Below, one piece after another: positions 17,916-27,414 of a stretch of DNA of 64,000 nucleotides. The stretch is from sequence record PQ724392.1. One strand, 5' to 3'. Below the pieces are notes generated by a model that worked only from the letters and a program-made list of their open reading frames with translations, made no database searches and was not told where the DNA came from. This stretch comes from a phage. Numbering within the stretch: position 1 is the first letter of the stretch; every line of letters starts with the position of its first letter. Both the position numbers and the translations under genes were made by a program.

Positions 17916-18215
17916 TTAGAAAGAACCAGAGCCTTTAATTGTGTTCTGGCGACCTTTATTTTCTAATTCAGAATGGTCGATTTCATATGCTTGTGCTACG
18001 CCAAAGGCCTTTTTAACTTTAGCTAAAGAGCCTTTAGATGTGACAATATTAAAAGTATTGCCTTTAGTAAAATCAACCAAATCCACTTGTACACCCTGTT
18101 TACCGAGGCTTGCTACAATAGCATCAACATATTGTTGGTCTAAATTGCCCTGGACTCCGATTTGAAATGCTTTGGGAGCTTTGGCTTCAGTAATAAATTC
18201 TTGATACGTTTTCAT
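17916..18215 (-). CDS. internal-protein-like capsid-targeted protein
   Basis: MKTYQEFITE N-terminus matches the T4 internal-protein capsid targeting sequence. Confidence 0.6.
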   Translation of the reverse strand: MKTYQEFITEAKAPKAFQIGVQGNLDQQYVDAIVASLGKQGVQVDLVDFTKGNTFNIVTSKGSLAKVKKAFGVAQAYEIDHSELENKGRQNTIKGSGSF

Positions 18216-18263
18216 TTTATATTCCATTGTTTGGTTGATAAAATCATTATACAACCTTTTTAG

Positions 18264-18680
18264 TTAAGCGTACACAGCTTTCCCATAGTATTTGTACCAA
18301 GCAGGCTTTTGAGAAATTTTCTCATTCAGTCTAGCTTGACTGATTTCAATTGACCAGATTGATGGTTGATAATCATTCTTCCATTCATCAGGAATATCAG
18401 TTAAATCTTGGGTAGAAATATCTTTTATGTTAAACCCTCGCTTTAAACATTCCGCAATAAGTTCTTGATGCCGGTTTTTAAGGAACAAAAGCTTATCATA
18501 AAAGAAGGTGACATGACCAGTCCCTAAAAGGAAAGATGATGGGATTTTAAAGTCAGAAACCTTTTTACCATTTTGTACATGCTTACGAACAGCACCAAAC
18601 ACGCGAGGAAGTTCACGATATTCAGCCATAAGATGTTGGTCAGCGAGTTCAGATACCAGGGTTAAATTAATGCGAGTCAT
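18264..18680 (-). CDS. denV: Endonuclease V (pyrimidine dimer glycosylase)
   Basis: 138 aa; near-identical N-terminus to remembered T4 DenV. Confidence 0.9.
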   Translation of the reverse strand: MTRINLTLVSELADQHLMAEYRELPRVFGAVRKHVQNGKKVSDFKIPSSFLLGTGHVTFFYDKLLFLKNRHQELIAECLKRGFNIKDISTQDLTDIPDEWKNDYQPSIWSIEISQARLNEKISQKPAWYKYYGKAVYA

Positions 18681-18735
18681 GTTTGTTCTCCGTAGTTGAT
18701 AGGGTCATTATAACCCTATCATTTGGAGATGTACA

Positions 18736-19005
18736 TCATTTCTTAGAGTATTGACCCATAAGTTTAGCGATATCACCCAATTTCTGATTAAACAAATAAT
18801 CCACTTCTTTGCCAGATTTATCTACAATTTGCCACTGACCATTTCCTTTGTTGCCAAAGGTCCAATCACCAACTTTAAATGAAGTTCCATTAACTTTTTT
18901 AATAGAAGTAAACTCAAAGCCTTCTTTCTTAGCTAAAAATGCCATGCGGCTTTCATCTGATTCATTTAATACAGATTCAGCCAAAAATTCTTGATACGTT
19001 TTCAT
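18736..19005 (-). CDS. internal-protein-like capsid-targeted protein
   Basis: MKTYQEFLAE targeting sequence; directly downstream of lysozyme e. Confidence 0.65.
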   Translation of the reverse strand: MKTYQEFLAESVLNESDESRMAFLAKKEGFEFTSIKKVNGTSFKVGDWTFGNKGNGQWQIVDKSGKEVDYLFNQKLGDIAKLMGQYSKK

Positions 19006-19013
19006 ATTTTACC

Positions 19014-19505
19014 TTATTTGTATGCGTCAAAAGTTCCGGTACGGAACGTTTCTATAACTCGTTTGGCTCGGTTCGGAGTCTGGACTTTATACCATCTTGA
19101 GTCCGCCAGTTCCTTGGCAGCCGCTTCCCATGATTTAGCCTTCAGCAATCGCATACCCTTAGGAAAACCAGCAACACCAGCAACACCCATCTGGAATACC
19201 ATATTAATGAGTGCACAACGACGAACTTCATCCAGTACATCATAAACAGGTTTTAAGACAGGATGTCTCAAGATTCCGGCTTTAGCCTTTTCGACCGAAC
19301 GGTTAAACAGTGTTTCGGCTTCGTGCTGGGTTATACGACCATTACAGACACGACCCATGAGCTTATCGAGCTCGGCGCGAGCAACATCTTTAGATGGGTT
19401 CTTAGTTATCAGTTGTCCGATGCCAATGGTCCAATAGCCTTCAGTATCTTTATACAAATCCAACTTACAACCTTCATCTATACGTAACATTTCGAATATA
19501 TTCAT
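19014..19505 (-). CDS. e: Lysozyme (endolysin)
   Basis: 163 aa; [12 protein letters not shown]...[13 protein letters not shown] colinear with T4 lysozyme. Confidence 0.95.
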   Translation of the reverse strand: MNIFEMLRIDEGCKLDLYKDTEGYWTIGIGQLITKNPSKDVARAELDKLMGRVCNGRITQHEAETLFNRSVEKAKAGILRHPVLKPVYDVLDEVRRCALINMVFQMGVAGVAGFPKGMRLLKAKSWEAAAKELADSRWYKVQTPNRAKRVIETFRTGTFDAYK

Positions 19506-19531
19506 AATACCCCCTTATATAGGGGTATTTA

Positions 19532-19990
19532 TTATCCGAAAATTTGAGTCATTACCTTGTACATCGATTTGCCCATCACATACTGCCATTGACTCGGTTT
19601 AATCAGAGCAAATGCATCGAACTCTGGAACCGAACTACCATCCGGGAAGGTATGATAGGCAGAGCATTTACTATGTCTGAACTGCTCATGCTCGACCGGA
19701 ACCGTGTACAAAAACAGGTGAAGATTTTTGTTATCTGAATAACGGAATTCACCCAGGTCCTTTAAGAATGCCGGGTCGTATTGGGTAAACCCAGTTTCTT
19801 CTTCGGTTTCACGGATAGCCGCTTCAATCGGGGATTCACCAGCTTCAACATGACCCTTGGGGGTGTCCCATTTGTGTGCAGGCATACCTGGTTTACGAGA
19901 ACCAGTCACACGACCCATGAATAACTCTTTATCTTCGGTCATGAAAATAATGCCAGCAGATAATTCTTTCACCTTGTTTTTCTTACTCAT
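19532..19990 (-). CDS. nudE: Nudix hydrolase NudE
   Basis: Nudix box GHVEAGESPIEAAIRETEEETG; start (ATG 19990 vs GTG 20023) uncertain. Confidence 0.75.
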   Translation of the reverse strand: MSKKNKVKELSAGIIFMTEDKELFMGRVTGSRKPGMPAHKWDTPKGHVEAGESPIEAAIRETEEETGFTQYDPAFLKDLGEFRYSDNKNLHLFLYTVPVEHEQFRHSKCSAYHTFPDGSSVPEFDAFALIKPSQWQYVMGKSMYKVMTQIFG

Positions 19991-20219
19991 CGTCACGTTT
20001 CCATGATTGGTTAAAAATATCACTCATTAAAAATTCAAGTCTATTTTCCAATGAAGGGCTTTCACTACTAGAAACTTGAACCATGTAGTCAGAAATAGGT
20101 CGGAACATATCCAAGTCAGTTTCTAAATCATCTTTGATTTTCTCTTCTGGTGTTCCAGTGTCATAGGAATACAGATAAGAATCACATGACTCGGATTTAA
20201 TATAAATTGCAATACTCAT
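19983..20219 (-). CDS. hypothetical acidic protein
   Basis: 78-aa ORF. Confidence 0.45.
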   Translation of the reverse strand: MSIAIYIKSESCDSYLYSYDTGTPEEKIKDDLETDLDMFRPISDYMVQVSSSESPSLENRLEFLMSDIFNQSWKRDDE

Positions 20220-20803
20220 TTACGGCATTCCTCAATAAAGGAGTTCAATGTATTTTTCTTAGTGATATCGTCATATACCTTTTTAACTTTAGAAATACGA
20301 AAAGGTACTTCAATAACCATAGTCCATAAAAATGATGCAATAAGCCCAGCGAGAGCAGTAGAAAAGCACGCACCCATTACAGCTACAGGTGCTTCATTTT
20401 TGCCTGTCAAGAAAAACCACAGGAATGGTAAAAATAAGATTCCAGCCCAGGCATAAAACCTGGAACAAATTAACTTATCAAATTCATCACTCCAGGTACG
20501 AAATCCATATTTCTTGCTATAAGAAATTAATGGGTCGGGTGTCTGTTCTTTGAGCGGTTCTGGTTGATGCCCATTAATGATGTATCCCATTTTATATTCC
20601 TTAATTAAAAGCTCTTTCACATGACGATTGCATCGCGACCAATCAACATTTTCCACCTTGATTCCTTCATCACCATCATCAAGGTTCGCCCAATATTTTT
20701 TGGTAATCATAAATTCATCTCTTGATACAATTATACCTGCATTTTCTGCCCGGCGGATGAAGTTTACATCAACACCCATGCACCCGGGCTCATAAAGGGC
20801 CAT
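20216..20803 (-). CDS. membrane protein with FIEECRK C-terminal tail
   Basis: 195 aa; TM helices in C-terminal half. Confidence 0.55.
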   Translation of the reverse strand: MALYEPGCMGVDVNFIRRAENAGIIVSRDEFMITKKYWANLDDGDEGIKVENVDWSRCNRHVKELLIKEYKMGYIINGHQPEPLKEQTPDPLISYSKKYGFRTWSDEFDKLICSRFYAWAGILFLPFLWFFLTGKNEAPVAVMGACFSTALAGLIASFLWTMVIEVPFRISKVKKVYDDITKKNTLNSFIEECRK

Positions 20804-21489
20804 TACCAGCCCTCCATAGGGAATTCCAGATATACTTGAGCATTAACGCGGATTTCATTTGTAATCTTTTTAACACGGTCAGTATTACGAGACACACGAC
20901 CAAACCAGCGCCACCCGTTACTTACTGCGCGAGAACCTGTATGCCATGTCTGCCAATCAAACTGGAGCAATGTGCGGTCAGGAGCATCCCACTTGGTTAA
21001 TTCATTGGACTCAATTTTTTCCAGAACTTCTTTATGCCACTGACGATAGATAAGTTCGCCTTCAGGAATCTGACTAAATTGCGCAGTTCCGGTTGCAAAA
21101 TAAGTAGGACACACATCAGCGTTAACAAGACCAAGAATATGTTCAGAATGGTAACGAGGATTATCATAATCAGGTTGCCCTGCAGTAATAAAGTGTTGAC
21201 CAACCGGAATATCCGGGCGTGGTACATCGTCATGGTGATAACCTGGGATAGCAGGATACCAACCAGGCATCAGCATATGAACCCGAGAATCAAATACAAC
21301 CTGGTCGGTGTTCCAATCATCCGGCAAACTCATGATAAAGCTACGAGTAATAGGACCGCCATTGTCAAAAGCGAAAGCCAATGAGCTGTTGAAGAACATA
21401 GTTTCGTTTTTGATTTTATCATTAGAAATTTTACCAGCGAAACTGCCTACTGCATGAGCTTGAGAATTAAAAGTTTTTGGACCGTTCAT
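20803..21489 (-). CDS. hypothetical protein
   Basis: 228 aa, Trp/His-rich. Confidence 0.55.
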   Translation of the reverse strand: MNGPKTFNSQAHAVGSFAGKISNDKIKNETMFFNSSLAFAFDNGGPITRSFIMSLPDDWNTDQVVFDSRVHMLMPGWYPAIPGYHHDDVPRPDIPVGQHFITAGQPDYDNPRYHSEHILGLVNADVCPTYFATGTAQFSQIPEGELIYRQWHKEVLEKIESNELTKWDAPDRTLLQFDWQTWHTGSRAVSNGWRWFGRVSRNTDRVKKITNEIRVNAQVYLEFPMEGW

Positions 21490-21548
21490 AATATTTTCCT
21501 CATTGATTGTGGGACCATTGTGTCATAGTCCCACTTAGATGTACATAC

Positions 21549-22508
21549 TTATTTTGTGAAAGGACGAATTAAATGCTGGTTAGCTTTGAAACGTTTAACA
21601 TAGTCTTCGTGACCCAGGGTGTTGTACATATTAACCACTTCCTGGTAATGTTCCCAGGCATACTCGCGGAACCATCCAGAAGTAATGGAGGTGCAGACTT
21701 TTTCCAGCGCAATATGGAAGCTCACGGATGGAGAGATATTGAACTCATTGGGAACCTGCGAACGCTCCAGAGCGAGTACACATGCTTCTTCATAAACCCC
21801 TGCCAGTTTAATAATCTCAGGGAGTGCTTCAAATTTTTCACGCGAGGTCATAACTTCTGAATCATCCTTCATATAGAACTTATATGCAGGCTTATCAGCA
21901 AGCGCCACGGCCTCGTGGATGGAGTCATGGTCAAGGGTATAGATTGTATCATTAAAGAAAGTTTTCTTGCCCACGTCTAGTTTAGGGTGGCTATACGACA
22001 ATGTTTCTGCCTGGCGCTGCAGCATGATTTTCTGCAGTTCATCATTAAGAACAACACCCTTATTGCGAAGGTAATTAATATGACTCATGGTCTTCAGGAA
22101 GAATGGATTGTTCTTCAGGTAACGATGAGACAGTTTAATTGCCAGACAAATATCAGGAGTCGCCCAATAGAAACCTGTAAGACGGTCTTTCTTAATATGA
22201 TTTTCAGCGTATTTCAAGAGACGATAACTTGAGGTGAAATCTTCATCTTGAAGCTCACCAGTAATTTCTCGTACGTTAGTCAGGGCACGGACAATATAAG
22301 CTTCAAAATAGGTTTCTTTTCCATTGTACATACATTTAAAAGCTTGGACATCAGGGTTATCCACAGGAACATGAGCACCGAACATACGTGCTTTAAAGTG
22401 GTTCCAGGAGCCCTGGTCAGCGATAAAGTCCCAATCAGAGTTTTCAATTTTCTGACTTTCAATCAGACCAGCGTTATGTAATGCACGAGAACCAATAACT
22501 AACATCAT
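21549..22508 (-). CDS. hypothetical protein with possible nucleotidyltransferase-like N-terminus
   Basis: 319 aa; VIGSRAL...NSDWDFIA (GS then S-D-x-D). Confidence 0.55.
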   Translation of the reverse strand: MMLVIGSRALHNAGLIESQKIENSDWDFIADQGSWNHFKARMFGAHVPVDNPDVQAFKCMYNGKETYFEAYIVRALTNVREITGELQDEDFTSSYRLLKYAENHIKKDRLTGFYWATPDICLAIKLSHRYLKNNPFFLKTMSHINYLRNKGVVLNDELQKIMLQRQAETLSYSHPKLDVGKKTFFNDTIYTLDHDSIHEAVALADKPAYKFYMKDDSEVMTSREKFEALPEIIKLAGVYEEACVLALERSQVPNEFNISPSVSFHIALEKVCTSITSGWFREYAWEHYQEVVNMYNTLGHEDYVKRFKANQHLIRPFTK

Positions 22509-22521
22509 AATATTTTCCTCA

Positions 22522-22689
22522 TTAGTAAAGACGAGTTACTTCATATTTTCCAAGTGCCGATTTTTTCGCTTCAATTCGTGAGGCAGCAAGATTGGCGGCC
22601 TCTAGTGAAGAAAATTGAACCACTTGAGAAGTATTCTGTCTTACTCCACCTTGCGGGTGAGTGACAAAAACAATAAAAACATTATACAT
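22522..22689 (-). CDS. small hypothetical protein (55 aa)
   Basis: hand-translated; GAGGAAAA RBS. Confidence 0.35.
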   Translation of the reverse strand: MYNVFIVFVTHPQGGVRQNTSQVVQFSSLEAANLAASRIEAKKSALGKYEVTRLY

Positions 22690-22699
22690 AATATTTTCC

Positions 22700-22900
22700 T
22701 CAAATAATACCGTATGCGTAAATATCTCTTTTAATGCAGGAAACTACTTCTTCCAGAGAATCACAAACACGTTCTGTGACGCCTGCGTAATCACCACTGA
22801 TGGTTACTTTAATGCCATCAGAAACTTCCTGGAGATTAACCTCCAGTTGGTTGACTTTGGCTTCGTTCAGAACTTTGATTAATTCGTTTGCGATAGACAT
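22700..22900 (-). CDS. hypothetical protein
   Basis: 66-aa ORF. Confidence 0.45.
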   Translation of the reverse strand: MSIANELIKVLNEAKVNQLEVNLQEVSDGIKVTISGDYAGVTERVCDSLEEVVSCIKRDIYAYGII

Positions 22901-22964
22901 TTTTATTCTCCTGTTCTGATAACGTGATTGTCATCAGTTGATAGGAGTATAGTAACACAGTTTT

Positions 22965-23294
22965 TTAGACTTGTATACTGCTTCTACAATATTCTAAAAA
23001 TAATTTATCGTTGTCTACCTTATCCCAACGACGCCAAGATGGATTCCAGACCAGAGCGTTGTCACCGCAATCATTGAGCTTAAAGTGGTCGTAGTACATA
23101 GCTATATGTCTGGTTTCGTCACCAGAGAACCCCAGTATATGCTCACCGTGGGTATGATACATATGATGATGCATTGAGAGGTCGCATTTGTAAAACATCT
23201 CACGTTTACCACGAACGAACAAGAAGGCTTGCCCATTCATATAGAATTCTTTATCTGTTTTCAAAAGATATTTGAATACCGAATCTTTATGCAT
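22965..23294 (-). CDS. His-rich hypothetical protein (possible metal binding)
   Basis: ATG 23294 with AGGAGG RBS; HHHMYHTHGEH cluster. Confidence 0.5.
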   Translation of the reverse strand: MHKDSVFKYLLKTDKEFYMNGQAFLFVRGKREMFYKCDLSMHHHMYHTHGEHILGFSGDETRHIAMYYDHFKLNDCGDNALVWNPSWRRWDKVDNDKLFLEYCRSSIQV

Positions 23295-23324
23295 AATTCC
23301 TCCTACCACATCCTTGTGATTAAA

Positions 23325-23552
23325 TTATTTTCCTAACGAAATACGAGTAGGTTTTTTACCGAAATATTCTTCATAGGAACCATCTAAACGACCCGCTTTA
23401 GACCGACAATACGAATCATACTTTTTGTAATAAGTCAACTCGTTATTATAACGTGGATGTCTATCAGCCATAATAATACTTAATGGCCAACCTTTGGCAT
23501 AATCACGAAGACCATTTATTTTACGAATATATCTTTTCTTTAATTTTAGCAT
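23325..23552 (-). CDS. small basic hypothetical protein
   Basis: 75-aa ORF. Confidence 0.45.
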   Translation of the reverse strand: MLKLKKRYIRKINGLRDYAKGWPLSIIMADRHPRYNNELTYYKKYDSYCRSKAGRLDGSYEEYFGKKPTRISLGK

Positions 23553-23770
23553 GAGCTCGGGTGCCAGATTTTACCGTCAGGTTGAGCAACGAAGGTACGA
23601 CCAGCTTCTTCACCATAACAAGAGCTGTTCAGCCAGTCTTCAAGACGAACCTCACCATCATATTCGTCAAGCTCAATACCGAAATCTTGAGCGTTAGCCA
23701 TATCTTTTACTTTCTTATACAATGCAGCCAGTTCAAGTGCTGCTTTTTCTAATTCATTAATATCAGACAT
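23546..23770 (-). CDS. small acidic hypothetical protein
   Basis: 74-aa ORF. Confidence 0.45.
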   Translation of the reverse strand: MSDINELEKAALELAALYKKVKDMANAQDFGIELDEYDGEVRLEDWLNSSCYGEEAGRTFVAQPDGKIWHPSSC

Positions 23771-23779
23771 TTTTATTCC

Positions 23780-23992
23780 TTAGCATTCGTAAGAGGATGA
23801 TACCCAAGAGGTACCACTAATAGTAATACAACCGTTATAAAGCGTGATATGTCGTTCTAAGTCACGAACACCATCAATGTAGATATCAGCTTCTTCGCGT
23901 TCTTCTTTACAAATCTGGATAACGTTTTCAATAGCTGCCGCGGCAGTACGGATTGCACAATCTAATTCACGAGACATATAATTCCTTAACAT
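23780..23992 (-). CDS. small protein, WVSSSxxC-tail family member 1
   Basis: 70 aa ending WVSSSYEC. Confidence 0.5.
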   Translation of the reverse strand: MLRNYMSRELDCAIRTAAAAIENVIQICKEEREEADIYIDGVRDLERHITLYNGCITISGTSWVSSSYEC

Positions 23993-24267
23993 TCAGAAGA
24001 GGAGGACACCCAACCGCCATTTTCCAGGTCAGTTGTATAGTCATGAGTGTTAACAATAGCCCATTCAGGATGGCCATGTTCTTCCCAATGGGCAAGGTCA
24101 GCTTTCAAGGCACCAGGAGAATAATAGTCACCGCCCATACCGCGAGCAGGGTATATATTAAAATGAGTCTCATATTTGTTTGCAATTTCCTCGGCACGAC
24201 GAATAGCTTTATGGATATCATTTACTGCGTTAGCCAGTTCTTTATTTTTACGGTAATCATTCATCAT
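23986..24267 (-). CDS. small protein, WVSSSxxC-tail family member 2
   Basis: 93 aa ending WVSSSSEC. Confidence 0.5.
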   Translation of the reverse strand: MMNDYRKNKELANAVNDIHKAIRRAEEIANKYETHFNIYPARGMGGDYYSPGALKADLAHWEEHGHPEWAIVNTHDYTTDLENGGWVSSSSEC

Positions 24268-24276
24268 AGCGTTTCC

Positions 24277-24567
24277 TTAGCACATTGCCGAAGAGGAGAC
24301 CCAAGCACCAACTGTAACGACACCGTTTTCAACTTCGCCGCCGTTGTTTTCAATTTCATCTTTAAACCACTGGGAGCACTCATAACCGACAGGATAATAT
24401 GTACGGCCTGAACCATAATCACCGGTACCGAATTGGATACCATATTCATCTGCGATTTCTTCACAGTGTTTTTCAATTTCAGAGGTCTTATTTAGAAGAG
24501 AATAGATAGCTTTTTCTGCAGATTTCTCATCATAATACTTGGGGATAGCAATTTCAATTTTATTCAT
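24277..24567 (-). CDS. small protein, WVSSSxxC-tail family member 3
   Basis: 96 aa ending WVSSSAMC. Confidence 0.5.
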   Translation of the reverse strand: MNKIEIAIPKYYDEKSAEKAIYSLLNKTSEIEKHCEEIADEYGIQFGTGDYGSGRTYYPVGYECSQWFKDEIENNGGEVENGVVTVGAWVSSSAMC

Positions 24568-24917
24568 GATTTACATTCCTTAATAAAGGTTTCAAGGTCA
24601 TTACGTTTTGTTTTGTCTAGGAACTTATTATACTCAGCCATTGCTGAAGCATATCTCTTCCGACTAGGAGCATTCACGGCGTTTGTGTGACAAATATCAT
24701 ACACAACCGGGATAAAATAAGCCACAACAGCCGGAGCGATTATCATAAAGAAACCCATCTCAATGGGCATGACTCCCTCGATTGCAGCCATAACCGTGGT
24801 CATTACCAGACCAACCAAACCACCGAGCATACCGGTGACAATTCCCAATAATAAATTGCCGCCAATATCATATTCAGCCAATTGATAAACATGTGATGCA
24901 AGACTAGGCCGTTCCAT
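24564..24917 (-). CDS. membrane protein (2 TM) with FIKECKS tail
   Basis: ATG 24917 with AAGGAGG RBS. Confidence 0.5.
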   Translation of the reverse strand: MERPSLASHVYQLAEYDIGGNLLLGIVTGMLGGLVGLVMTTVMAAIEGVMPIEMGFFMIIAPAVVAYFIPVVYDICHTNAVNAPSRKRYASAMAEYNKFLDKTKRNDLETFIKECKS

Positions 24918-25299
24918 TACGAACCTCCTTAATAAATTCTTCGGCACATTTAATTTTGTGCTCTTCTTGTAGGGAAACACATTTTTGTTCCCACTCTTTA
25001 ACTCGCCCACGATATCCTTTATTCATATGATTTTGATGCCACACATTTATCAATATCATACTCAGGACCGTAATAAAAGGAGCTGCGATTATTAGCGCCC
25101 AGGCAACTCCAACACTGATGATATCCATATCCCCACAAAGCACCATCATTATAACCCCAACGATGCACATGGACAAAGCTCCAAATGGAGGCATAAGGTC
25201 TTTATCAATCTTGTCTGCGTATACAAATTTTTCTGGTTTACTTGGCAGATATAGCGTTCGCATTTTGAACCCCTTTAGCATATTCACGACATTCAGCAA
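24904..25299 (-). CDS. membrane protein (2 TM) with FIKEVR tail
   Basis: 131-aa ORF. Confidence 0.5.
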   Translation of the reverse strand: MLNVVNMLKGFKMRTLYLPSKPEKFVYADKIDKDLMPPFGALSMCIVGVIMMVLCGDMDIISVGVAWALIIAAPFITVLSMILINVWHQNHMNKGYRGRVKEWEQKCVSLQEEHKIKCAEEFIKEVRNGTA

Positions 25300-25810
25300 T
25301 AAAACGATTAAGCTTACGTTTCCGTTTACGACCCTCTAATGTATACTCAGCCGCCAAATCAAGAAGCTCATCTTTATCATAATTTTTAATATCAGTATAA
25401 GTTGGGCGGCGGTCAACCATTCCAAAGTGGTCACCATTTTCCAACATCAAATAACACACCAAATGGTCATCATCGTCCGCATTAATAAGCTGCTTATAAT
25501 CACTTGGTTCATTTAACGCATACACAGAATAACTCAGCCCAGCGAATTCCACTCGTTGAATACCCAGATTTACGTCAATAATTTCCAAGGCATCTGCAAA
25601 AGAAAGGTCTTCAGCTAAAGCAAAAATAAAAGGCAATTTGGTAGTATCGCCGCGACTTGTTGTTCTTCTTAAGAAATCATTGGAATAGCCCAAGTCGCGT
25701 CGGATTCTATAAAGAACTGTGTTAGTTTCAGTGGCAAGACCACTACCGCCAAACCATTCCACATTTGATAAAAGATTATCATATAAAGTCATAATTTTCT
25801 CCTCTCCCAA
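25238..25810 (-). CDS. hypothetical protein with FIAECR C-terminal motif
   Basis: 190-aa ORF; start may be internal. Confidence 0.5.
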   Translation of the reverse strand: MGEEKIMTLYDNLLSNVEWFGGSGLATETNTVLYRIRRDLGYSNDFLRRTTSRGDTTKLPFIFALAEDLSFADALEIIDVNLGIQRVEFAGLSYSVYALNEPSDYKQLINADDDDHLVCYLMLENGDHFGMVDRRPTYTDIKNYDKDELLDLAAEYTLEGRKRKRKLNRFIAECREYAKGVQNANAISAK

Positions 25811-25834
25811 TTAGGGGGCTTTGCCCCCTTTATC

Positions 25835-26428
25835 TTACTTAAGTGAATTGATGTATTCTTCAATGTCAGCGGACGTGGTATCCACACCAACCTGTGGACC
25901 TTTGAAAGTTTCAACACGCATCAAGGTGTCTTCAATATCAATCTTAGTCAATGCAGCGATTTCAACAACATCATCTGCAGTCGCAATACCCAGGGCAGAT
26001 ACCTTACGGGTTTCGCGGATGTATTCCAGTTTAACAGCTAGTTCCTGACGAGAATCATCCAGCTCTTTAACTTTCAATTTAATTTCATTACGCATTTCAA
26101 CATAATCGTCTGCCTTCTTACGAAGTTGTTTAGCAGTGCGACGATACAGGAGACCCAGTTTAGCATGGACCTGGACATCCGCGCCATCAGCAATCAGTTT
26201 GCGGATTTCACGCTCTTTTGAGGCGGCGAGTTGGTCTTTTTCATTCGCTAACTCGCGGATGCGTTTTTCTTCATTAACAGACTTAACGTGGGCGGTCTGG
26301 AGCTCAGTAATCTTGTCAATCAGGGTAGACGCCGCTTGAGTATATTGGTCTTCAATAGACAGGTTTTTTGCCATTGCAGTACCCAGTTTGGAGCGGATGA
26401 ATTCAACAAGTTTCTTTAAAGTATTCAT
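25835..26428 (-). CDS. coiled-coil protein (weak PspA-like pattern)
   Basis: 197 aa, largely heptad-rich alpha-helical. Confidence 0.55.
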   Translation of the reverse strand: MNTLKKLVEFIRSKLGTAMAKNLSIEDQYTQAASTLIDKITELQTAHVKSVNEEKRIRELANEKDQLAASKEREIRKLIADGADVQVHAKLGLLYRRTAKQLRKKADDYVEMRNEIKLKVKELDDSRQELAVKLEYIRETRKVSALGIATADDVVEIAALTKIDIEDTLMRVETFKGPQVGVDTTSADIEEYINSLK

Positions 26429-26500
26429 GGTATTTCCTTCAGTTGGTTAATGTTTTATTATCCAGGGAACATACTATCATGTTCCCATTAAAGCACTAAT

Positions 26501-26806
26501 TTAGATTTTGTTTTCCTGCACACCATAATAAAGTTCATCAGACACAATATCCAGGATGCGGCGAACATATTCATCATGGTATTGGCAGTCAAAATCAAAT
26601 GCAACAGTAGTTTCCGCTTCACGAGTGAATTTAACTTGCACATTCAGGTGATTAACAACGTTAGTTAATTTATCAGTAAAGAACTCTTTTGCTACCGCCT
26701 GTTGGACTTGCACTTTAAACTTGGTGTTACGAATCATATTTTCAGCAGATGCGAAATTACCAGTTTTATCAAAGTCAACAAGCGCCAGGTTGATGATGAA
26801 TTTCAT
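26501..26806 (-). CDS. hypothetical protein
   Basis: 101-aa ORF behind leader cassette. Confidence 0.5.
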   Translation of the reverse strand: MKFIINLALVDFDKTGNFASAENMIRNTKFKVQVQQAVAKEFFTDKLTNVVNHLNVQVKFTREAETTVAFDFDCQYHDEYVRRILDIVSDELYYGVQENKI

Positions 26807-26847
26807 TTTATTCTCCAGTGTTTTATTTGGTAACTCAGTATGGAATC

Positions 26848-26877
26848 ATTATGCCTTAAAGCAGGGGGCTTGTATAC
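26848..26877 (-). promoter_or_regulatory. early promoter with -35 (GTATACA) in hairpin loop (PeSL-like cassette)
   Basis: GGGGG..CCCCC hairpin, 17-18 nt, CATAAT, conserved leader. Confidence 0.5.
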
Positions 26878-26889
26878 CCCCTTTTTGAA

Positions 26890-27333
26890 TTAAATTTCAA
26901 ATTCTTTGCGGAAGTTGGAAGCATAAGACTGAACTGATGCTTTGTTGAATCCAAACTCACGCACAATCATATCAATAACAGCTCTGCGAGCAGCACCATT
27001 AGACATATTAACAGTTTTGAACATATCATAGCATAAATCTTTGTTGCTCATACCGGAGCGTTTAGGTGCCTTACGTTCAGCTTTTGGTTCAGCTTTAGGA
27101 GTAGGTTTAACTTCTGGTTTAACCTGTCCATCATTCAGACCTTTAAAAATTTTACCTGCCAGAGTTGCCAGTTTAGCAGCTTCGCCACGAGTGATACCAA
27201 ATACTGCCGGGTTAAATGAAATACCTTCAGCTGCCAGACGTTTGAAGAACATACGTGCTGCGGATTGTGCTTCAGCTTCAGAAGAGTTGTTTAATGCCAG
27301 CTTAACGTACTTAACCAGTTTTGAAGTTTTCAT
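26890..27333 (-). CDS. hypothetical protein, paralog of 27415-27840
   Basis: 147 aa; shared tail GAARRAVID...VQSYASNFRK. Confidence 0.55.
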   Translation of the reverse strand: MKTSKLVKYVKLALNNSSEAEAQSAARMFFKRLAAEGISFNPAVFGITRGEAAKLATLAGKIFKGLNDGQVKPEVKPTPKAEPKAERKAPKRSGMSNKDLCYDMFKTVNMSNGAARRAVIDMIVREFGFNKASVQSYASNFRKEFEI

Positions 27334-27373
27334 TTTATTCTCCAGTGTTTATTTGGTAACTCAGTATGGGATA

Positions 27374-27403
27374 ATTATACACTATCCCACCTGGAAGTAA
27401 AAC
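27374..27403 (-). promoter_or_regulatory. early promoter (GTTTTAC, 17 nt, TATAAT) in conserved leader cassette
   Basis: minus-strand reading; -10 within GGGATA..TATCCC hairpin. Confidence 0.5.
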
Positions 27404-27414
27404 ACTTTTCTCAA

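Noticed and set aside
17769-17966. 65-aa plus-strand ORF in the GC-rich spacer
   Set aside because: Runs into the internal-protein-like gene on the opposite strand, no RBS; GC-rich sequence inflates random ORF length.
27041-27400. 119-aa plus-strand ORF
   Set aside because: Antisense to 26890-27333 and overlaps the leader cassette; spurious.
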